From a bacterium (GTDB lineage Bacteria > Zhuqueibacterota > Zhuqueibacteria > Zhuqueibacterales > Zhuqueibacteraceae): a stretch of DNA of 22,146 nt. Of this stretch, positions 16,114 through 22,146 are shown piece after piece (position 1 is the first letter of the stretch; each line of letters begins with the position of its first letter). Where the stretch lies: the NCBI GenBank assembly GCA_044869275.1, contig JBIOXB010000109.1, positions 1-22,146 on the forward strand. The letters run 5' to 3'. A model generated the notes under the pieces. It was not told where the DNA came from. It was given only the letters and a program-made list of their open reading frames with translations, and did not search any database. A program made the position numbers and the translations under genes.

Positions 16114-16268
16114 TACTCCTCCACTATAAAAGCAAAAACCCCGATTCCAAGACCGGCACGAACACGAGGCCATTACGTGCGCGAAATCGCGCACGGCGTC
16201 ACGTTGCGTGCAGACCTTGCAACCGGGGTCAGGCGGCTATCCCGCCCAAGCGGGATTACACGAGAGGT
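16114..16268 (-). other. structured intergenic region at the usual 6S RNA (ssrS) position
   Basis: Lies between zapA and rny and contains several hairpins (ATCCCGC/GCGGGAT, CGTGCGCGA/TCGCGCACG). A canonical 6S rod could not be confirmed by eye. Confidence 0.35.
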
Positions 16269-16562
16269 CTATTCTTTCAAATTCTCATTCAACACAGTGG
16301 ACAAACGATCGGCCTCGGACTCCATACGGCGCACGAGGGCGGCTTTTTCATCACGCTCCCGAAAAAGTTCGTCAGCGATGTTCAACGCGGCCAGTATCGC
16401 GACCTTCAGTGAAGACTTCGCGGTGGTGTTCTGATCCACTTCTCGCATCTTGCGATCCACGTACTCCGCTATGCGTCGAATATATTCAACGTCAACATCG
16501 CCGCGAATGGGATACTCCGTCCCATAGATATTCACTTTCAAAACCGTGCCTTCAGGACACAT
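16269..16562 (-). CDS. zapA: cell division protein ZapA
   Basis: VNIYGTEYPI...EYI..IAEYVD.KM.......KVAILAALNIADELF. Confidence 0.93.
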   Translation of the reverse strand: MCPEGTVLKVNIYGTEYPIRGDVDVEYIRRIAEYVDRKMREVDQNTTAKSSLKVAILAALNIADELFRERDEKAALVRRMESEADRLSTVLNENLKE

Positions 16563-16624
16563 GATGGGATAGACGAAAAATCTTCAAATGAGAATGTGCA
16601 ACGCGACCTTAAATTGAATAACAG

Positions 16625-16906
16625 CTACAACTGCAACTGCAATTCTTCCAGCTTCGCCAGCATGTCTTCAACTTTGTTGCGAATTTTTTCCTCCCGCTCG
16701 CGGAGCTGCCGGGTTTCTTCAGAACGCTCATTGACATTGCTCATCTCGGCTTGCAGACGGGCGAACTGTTCATCTCTTTCCTGGTGTTGCTGCTCCAAAG
16801 CGCTGAGGCGCTGGCGCAAATCTCTGTTCTCGGCTTTGAGTGTTTGAATGACCTTGACCGCTTGTGCGATTCTATGTTCAAGCGCATCGAACTGCTGCAG
16901 ATCCAT
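16625..16906 (-). CDS. zapB: ZapB-like coiled-coil protein
   Basis: MDLQQFDALE.RI..AV..I..LK.EN..L; entirely coiled coil; directly upstream of zapA. ATG 16906 behind AGGAG. Confidence 0.7.
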   Translation of the reverse strand: MDLQQFDALEHRIAQAVKVIQTLKAENRDLRQRLSALEQQHQERDEQFARLQAEMSNVNERSEETRQLREREEKIRNKVEDMLAKLEELQLQL

Positions 16907-17001
16907 GACTGGGCTCCTGGTCAATGCGTGGCGTCACGCAATCTGAATCGGAATGTATGCTGCAATATAAAGAATTGCGAGCAAATTCAAACAAGTTTTT
17001 T

Positions 17002-19383
17002 TTAGGTCCGCAATATCGCGCCGCATTTTTCCGCCAGCGCTGCCAGGATTTGACTCAGCCATCCTTCCGCTTCCTCATCGCGCAGCGTGCAATCGGGAGC
17101 ACGGAAGATCAATGAATACGCCAGACTCTTCTTGCCCGCCGGCACTTGATTGCCGGTGTAGAGATCGAACAATTCGACTTTTTCCAAAAGCGGCCCGCCA
17201 GCGGATTGAATGATAGAGGTCACCGTCCCGGCCGGAGTGGCAGCGTCGAGCACAATCGCAAGATCGCGTTCCACAGCCGGAAATTTGGGAATAGGTTGTA
17301 AGGTCTTGTTCCGGTCGCGCAACGCCGCAAAATCGGCGAGGTTCAGCTCAAAGGCCATTACCGGCTCTTCAACTTCCAGCGCACGCGCAAGCTGGGGTTT
17401 GAGGTGTCCGGCCCAACCTAGTGTTTTCTCTCCGGCCGTGATTTTCCAGCCGGTGTCGACGATATGATGCGCAGACAAAGGTTCGAATTGCGGCGCCGGC
17501 AAGGACGTTTTTTGCAACAAGCTTTCCACCGCGCCCCGAATGTCATGCACCGCCAACTTCGGTGCTGCGCCGCGCCAACTGCGCCACTCCACCGCGCCCA
17601 CGGCCACGGCGCCGAGATGCGGTTCTTCTCTGATTTGCAGGTCGGCGGTTTTCCAAAAAACCGAACCGATCTCATACAACCAAACGTCCTTGTTTTTGCG
17701 ATTCAGATTGTAGGCCAGCGCCTGCAGAAGGCTCACCGCCAGCACCGGCCGCAACATCGACAACTCTTCATTCAAAGCATTGAGCAAAGGCAGGGCTTGC
17801 ATCCCGGGCGCGAGAAACATTTGTGCCTGTTTGGCGGAAATCAAATCGAAAGTACTGGCTTCGTCATAACCCAAGCCCGTCATGGCCTGGCGCATGGCTT
17901 CCAGAATCTCCTCTTCGCGATCTTCCGGGCTGTCGATATTCACGCGTGAGTACAGCTGCTCGGGAATATGATCGTAGCCATGAACCCGCCCGATCTCTTC
18001 GATCACATCAATTTCGCGCACCAAATCCGGGCGAAAAGTCGGGGCGGTAACCTGCCAGACCGCCTTCTGCTTCGCAACTTTGCATTCCAGACCCGTCAAA
18101 ATTTTCTGCATGCGCGCCGTGGGAATCCTGGTGCCCAGGATGCGCTCGGCACGCTTGGGACGCAGGGAGATCTTCAGCGGTTTGAGGGGGTGAGGATAAA
18201 CGTCGATTGCCCCGCGTGTGATTTCACCGCCGGCAGTCTCCTGCATCAATTGCGCGGCGCGATTCAATGCGAAGGGAATGCCATTCGGATCGGTGCCACG
18301 CTCGAAACGCCGCGCGGCTTCAGAGGCCAAGCCACAATGCTTCGCGGTGCGGCGCACGCCACGCGGCGTGAAATATGCGGCTTCGATCGCCACATGCCGC
18401 GTCCCTTCGCTCACTTCCGAATTCAAGCCGCCCATCACGCCGGCCAGGGCGACTGGCTTGGCGCCGTCGCAAATCAGCAAATCATTTTCACGCAATTCAT
18501 GCTCGCGGCCATCGAGCGTTTGAAATTTCTCCCCCTTACTCGCCGGGCGCACAATGATCTTGTGCTTTTCCAGCCGGTCATAATCGAAGGCATGCAAAGG
18601 CTGCCCAGTTTCCATCATCACGTAATTGCTGACATCAACCAGATTGGAAAGCGCACGAATGCCCACGGCATGCAAGCGTTTTTGCATCCAGGACGGCGAG
18701 GGCTTGACTTCAAGATTGCGCAAAACACGCACGGCATAACGCGGACAAGCATCAACTGCTTTGAAGCTAACGCTCAGAAATTTTTCGGCTTTTTCCTGGC
18801 TCTCCCGTAAACGGATTCGGGGCAGCCGCAAACGTGAATGGGTGAGCAGAGCCACTTCACGCGCAATGCCGATGAGGCCGAGCGCATCCGGGCGATTGGG
18901 GGTGACCGCGATATCAAACACCCAATCCTGTTCGAGAACGTCGCGCAAGGGCTGGCCCGGCCTACTCTCATGATTGAGCACGAGAATTTTGTCCGCCTCC
19001 TGCGAAAGATCGAGCTCTTTTTCGCTGCAAATCATTCCAAAAGACGTGACGCCGAGAATGGGCTTGGGTTCGAGGCGCAAACCATTCGGCAGCACGCTTC
19101 CTGGTGGTGCCACGGCGACGAGCTGGCCAGCAGCCACATTCGGCGCACCGCAAATCACCTCCAGGCTTGCAGCGCCCACATCGACGCGGCACAACTTGAG
19201 ATGATCGGACTGAGGATGAGGCTGGCAGGCGAGAACCTTGCCAACCACAATCCCCGGCAACGGTGGCACGGTGGCGGCAAAATCTTCGACCTCAAAACCC
19301 AGCATCGGAAGCTGATCAGCGATTTCTTCCGGCGCGAGCGGGGTCTCGACAAATTCGCGCAGCCAGTTATAGGTGAATTTCAT
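17002..19383 (-). CDS. pheT: phenylalanine--tRNA ligase beta subunit
   Basis: [62 protein letters not shown]. Confidence 0.98.
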   Translation of the reverse strand: MKFTYNWLREFVETPLAPEEIADQLPMLGFEVEDFAATVPPLPGIVVGKVLACQPHPQSDHLKLCRVDVGAASLEVICGAPNVAAGQLVAVAPPGSVLPNGLRLEPKPILGVTSFGMICSEKELDLSQEADKILVLNHESRPGQPLRDVLEQDWVFDIAVTPNRPDALGLIGIAREVALLTHSRLRLPRIRLRESQEKAEKFLSVSFKAVDACPRYAVRVLRNLEVKPSPSWMQKRLHAVGIRALSNLVDVSNYVMMETGQPLHAFDYDRLEKHKIIVRPASKGEKFQTLDGREHELRENDLLICDGAKPVALAGVMGGLNSEVSEGTRHVAIEAAYFTPRGVRRTAKHCGLASEAARRFERGTDPNGIPFALNRAAQLMQETAGGEITRGAIDVYPHPLKPLKISLRPKRAERILGTRIPTARMQKILTGLECKVAKQKAVWQVTAPTFRPDLVREIDVIEEIGRVHGYDHIPEQLYSRVNIDSPEDREEEILEAMRQAMTGLGYDEASTFDLISAKQAQMFLAPGMQALPLLNALNEELSMLRPVLAVSLLQALAYNLNRKNKDVWLYEIGSVFWKTADLQIREEPHLGAVAVGAVEWRSWRGAAPKLAVHDIRGAVESLLQKTSLPAPQFEPLSAHHIVDTGWKITAGEKTLGWAGHLKPQLARALEVEEPVMAFELNLADFAALRDRNKTLQPIPKFPAVERDLAIVLDAATPAGTVTSIIQSAGGPLLEKVELFDLYTGNQVPAGKKSLAYSLIFRAPDCTLRDEEAEGWLSQILAALAEKCGAILRT

Positions 19384-20402
19384 GCAAACTGCCGTAAAAA
19401 ACGAAGATCATTGTCATAAAACAGGCGAATGTCATCGATGCCGAACCTGCGCATCGCCAGGCGCTCGATGCCCATGCCCCAGGCAAAGCCGGTGTACTTT
19501 TCGGAATCGATGCCCAAACGTTCGAGCACCGCCGGGTTGACCATACCGCAGCCCAGTAATTCCACCCAGCGCTGCTTGGAGGGGAACCACACATCCAGCT
19601 CAGCACTGGGCTCGGTAAATGGAAAATAACTCGGGCGGAAACGGAGTTTCAAATCACGGCCGAGCAGCTTGTGCGCAAACGCAAACAGCACGCCTTTCAA
19701 ATCGGCCATGCTCACGCCCTCATCCACCCACAAGCCTTCGACTTGATGAAAAACCGGCGAATGCGTGGCATCGGGCGCGTCTTTGCGAAACACGCGGCCA
19801 GGGGCAATAATACGAATCGGCAGCGCTTGTGCCTCCAAGGTGTGCACCTGCACCGGCGAAGTATGCGTGCGCAGCAGGTAAGTTTCGCCCTTTGGGCCCG
19901 CAGGATGGGAAATATAAAGGGTGTCTTGCAGATCGCGGCTGGGGTGATCGGCAGGAATGTTCAGCGCTTCAAAGTTGTAGAAATCGGTTTCGATGAGCGG
20001 ACCGCGAGCGACGCAAAATCCCATGCCGACAAAAATCCTTTTGATCTCATCCAAAACCTGGAGCATGGGATGTCGTACGCCGAGGCGGCGGCGAATGCCC
20101 GGGAGCGTCAAATCGACTTTGGGCGCGAGCACCGTAGCTCCGCCGATGTTTTCGGATTTGGCGGCAAGCGCCGCTTCCATCGCGTTGCGCAACTCATTCA
20201 AGCGCTGGCCCAGGCGTGGGCGTTCAGAGCCGTCGAGCTCACCCAGCTTCTTGAAGAAATGCTGAATCTCCCCCTTGCGCGCGAGGAATTGGATGCGTGC
20301 GGCTTCCAGATCCTGCGCGGTTTTGAGGGTTTGCATGTGCGCTTCGAAACGGTGTTGCAGGCCATCCAGCTCTTGCAAGAGGGACTCCAGCACTGCGCTC
20401 AT
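19380..20402 (-). CDS. pheS: phenylalanine--tRNA ligase alpha subunit
   Basis: [66 protein letters not shown] overlap with pheT. Confidence 0.98.
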   Translation of the reverse strand: MSAVLESLLQELDGLQHRFEAHMQTLKTAQDLEAARIQFLARKGEIQHFFKKLGELDGSERPRLGQRLNELRNAMEAALAAKSENIGGATVLAPKVDLTLPGIRRRLGVRHPMLQVLDEIKRIFVGMGFCVARGPLIETDFYNFEALNIPADHPSRDLQDTLYISHPAGPKGETYLLRTHTSPVQVHTLEAQALPIRIIAPGRVFRKDAPDATHSPVFHQVEGLWVDEGVSMADLKGVLFAFAHKLLGRDLKLRFRPSYFPFTEPSAELDVWFPSKQRWVELLGCGMVNPAVLERLGIDSEKYTGFAWGMGIERLAMRRFGIDDIRLFYDNDLRFLRQFA

Positions 20403-20749
20403 CTGGCCTGCGCGAGCTGAACGAGATCGTTGAAAGCCCGGGGGTCGCGCACGGCAAGATCCGCCAGAACTTTGCGGTCGAGATCGACGTTCTTTTTCTT
20501 AAGACCGAACATAAAGGAGGAATATGTCATGCCCGCGGCGCGCACGGCGGCGTTGATGCGTACAATCCATAATCGGCGAATGCTGCGGCGGCGGTTGCGG
20601 CGGTCACGATACGCATAGGTCAAACCCTTTTCATACGTTTCGCGCGCGCTGCGCAACAAACGGCTTTTGCCGCCCCAACTGCCCTTGGTTTTTTTGATCA
20701 ACTTTCTCCGCCGGCGATGCGAGGCTACGGAGTATTTTGAACGAGGCAT
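20399..20749 (-). CDS. rplT: 50S ribosomal protein L20
   Basis: MPR..., [37 protein letters not shown] 20749; ATGA overlap with pheS. Confidence 0.97.
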   Translation of the reverse strand: MPRSKYSVASHRRRRKLIKKTKGSWGGKSRLLRSARETYEKGLTYAYRDRRNRRRSIRRLWIVRINAAVRAAGMTYSSFMFGLKKKNVDLDRKVLADLAVRDPRAFNDLVQLAQAR

Positions 20750-20886
20750 ATGATCACAACCTTTCTTTGGCTTAAAAAATCCCCTTGCCATCCCGAACAA
20801 ATCTTGTACGCTGAGGGCCAAATGCCCAGGCCGGCCAAAATTCTTTCAGAATGACGGGGAGAGTTGTTTGATGTTGCACTTGAAGA

Positions 20887-21084
20887 TCACTTCAATCCCA
20901 GCATGCGCTTCACGGCCGGTTCATCCGCCGGATGGACGAGTGTGGCGCCGCGCAAGTGGCGCTTTCGCTTTTGATCCTTGCTGGTGAGGATATGGCGATG
21001 CCCGCTGCGGCGGCGCTTGACTTTGCCCGTAGCCGTAAGCTTAAAGCGCTTTTTCGCGCCCCGATTGGATTTCAACTTTGGCAT
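20887..21084 (-). CDS. rpmI: 50S ribosomal protein L35
   Basis: MPKLKS..GAKKRFK.TATGK.KR....RHILT.K..KRKR.LR. ATG 21084. Confidence 0.97.
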   Translation of the reverse strand: MPKLKSNRGAKKRFKLTATGKVKRRRSGHRHILTSKDQKRKRHLRGATLVHPADEPAVKRMLGLK

Positions 21085-21094
21085 AAACACCTTT

Positions 21095-21610
21095 CTATTT
21101 CTTGACGAAGTAAATGACCAAATTTCTGCCCTCCATGATGGGCTCACGCTCCGGCTTGGCAACATCCGACAGCAATTCGATGAGCCTCTCCACTATCGCT
21201 CTGCCAAACTCCTGGTGCACCATTTCGCGCCCGCGGAACGTGACCGTCGCCTTCACTTTGTCGCCCTCTTGCAGAAACGTGCGCATATGCTTGGCTTTAA
21301 ACTCGAAATCGTGCTCCTCGATTTTGGGCCGAAAACGGACTTCTTTGACTTGGATGGTAGCCGACTTTTTTTTGCTGGTCTTTTCCTTTTTGCTGAGCTC
21401 ATACTTGTATTTGCCGAAGTCCATAATCCGGCACACAGGCGGCTCAGCAGTCGGCGCCACTTCGACCAAGTCGAGCCCGGACGCTTCTGCTTTGGCGAGG
21501 GCTTCGGAAACTGATACGATTCCCACCTGCTCGCCATCAGCTCCCACCAATCGCACTTTCGGAACGCGAATTTGCGTGTTAACGCGAATGAATTTCTTCG
21601 GAGACGTGAC
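21095..21610 (-). CDS. infC: translation initiation factor IF-3 (non-canonical start)
   Basis: RVN..IR...VRLV...[49 protein letters not shown] lies 7 nt upstream of GTC at 21610-21608. Confidence 0.95.
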   Translation of the reverse strand, partial: VTSPKKFIRVNTQIRVPKVRLVGADGEQVGIVSVSEALAKAEASGLDLVEVAPTAEPPVCRIMDFGKYKYELSKKEKTSKKKSATIQVKEVRFRPKIEEHDFEFKAKHMRTFLQEGDKVKATVTFRGREMVHQEFGRAIVERLIELLSDVAKPEREPIMEGRNLVIYFVKK

Positions 21611-21690
21611 TGCGTTTCTCCTTGACGAACTGGGTTTTTGCAGGAAAAATCCTTTCTACGTCAGTTCCTGCCCGCAGCAACGGGAGGAAC

Positions 21691-22146
21691 TCATGAGTTA
21701 CTGTCTTGAGTTTGCTTGTTGGCAATTTCTGCGCGCAATTTCTCCGTCAATGCTGCGAGCGGCATGGTGCCCAAATCTCCGGTCTTGCGCTTGCGCACGG
21801 CCACGAGCTGTTGCTCGGCTTCCTTCGCTCCGACGATAACCATATAGGGAGCCTTGTGCATTTCCGCGTCGCGAATTTTGTAGTTGATTTTCTCCTGGCG
21901 ATCGTCGAGATGGCTGCGTATCCCCGCCTCCTGCAGTTCGCGCACGACCGTCCGCGCATACTCCAACTGCGCATCCGTGATCGACATGACGACCGCCTGC
22001 ACCGGCGCCAGCCAGAGTGGAAATGCGCCGGCGTAATGCTCGATCAGAATACCGATGAATCTTTCCAACGAGCCGAAAGGCGCGCGGTGAATCACGACCG
22101 GACGATGTTTCTTGTTGTCACTGCCCACGTATTCGAGGTTGAAACG
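21691..22146 (-). CDS. thrS: threonine--tRNA ligase, C-terminal part (runs off the window edge)
   Basis: RFNLEY...D....RPVVIHRAPFGSLERFIGILIEHYAGAFPLWLAPVQ plus the anticodon-binding domain. Confidence 0.97.
   Translation of the reverse strand, partial: RFNLEYVGSDNKKHRPVVIHRAPFGSLERFIGILIEHYAGAFPLWLAPVQAVVMSITDAQLEYARTVVRELQEAGIRSHLDDRQEKINYKIRDAEMHKAPYMVIVGAKEAEQQLVAVRKRKTGDLGTMPLAALTEKLRAEIANKQTQDSNS

Noticed and set aside
20399..20402. pheM attenuator or T-box upstream of pheS
   Set aside because: rplT and pheS overlap by ATGA, leaving no leader.
12622..21839. Plus-strand ORFs opposite folD through infC (e.g. 15502-16434, 17968-18810, 19671-20420, 21114-21839)
   Set aside because: Antisense shadows of conserved housekeeping genes, with no motifs of their own.

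Overview
Bacterial chromosomal window, mostly GC-rich. Gene content and heptamer/REP-like repeats suggest an FCB-group organism such as KSB1 (inference only). 1-1500: AT-richer accessory edge with a 5'-broken trypsin-like (GDSGS) protease and two paralogous 74-aa proteins. 1.8-8.5 kb (+): secreted 3D-domain/DUF1460 cell-wall hydrolase fusion, M1 aminopeptidase, zinc-finger (HxxxCxxC)-Ogt fusion, probable outer-membrane protein behind a sigma54-like promoter, and ComF. 8.47-9.38 kb (-): tRNA-Asn(GTT) inside a tandem array of [tRNA fragment + terminator + stand-alone GIY-YIG nuclease] units. All three tRNA-derived copies have nt ~38-47 replaced by the same perfect palindrome (ATCCCGAAGCTTCGGGAT); this is the best candidate for an undescribed element. 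Next come a lipoprotein, tRNA-Sec, a secreted hypothetical, a TPR protein and tRNA-Arg(CCG). The rest is the conserved minus-strand cluster thrS-infC-rpmI-rplT-pheS-pheT-zapB-zapA-rny-ymdB-folD. In it, RNase Y has lost most HD-domain metal ligands (probable pseudo-nuclease) and infC appears to start at a non-canonical codon (GTC best placed). All calls are by eye from motifs; no searches were run.
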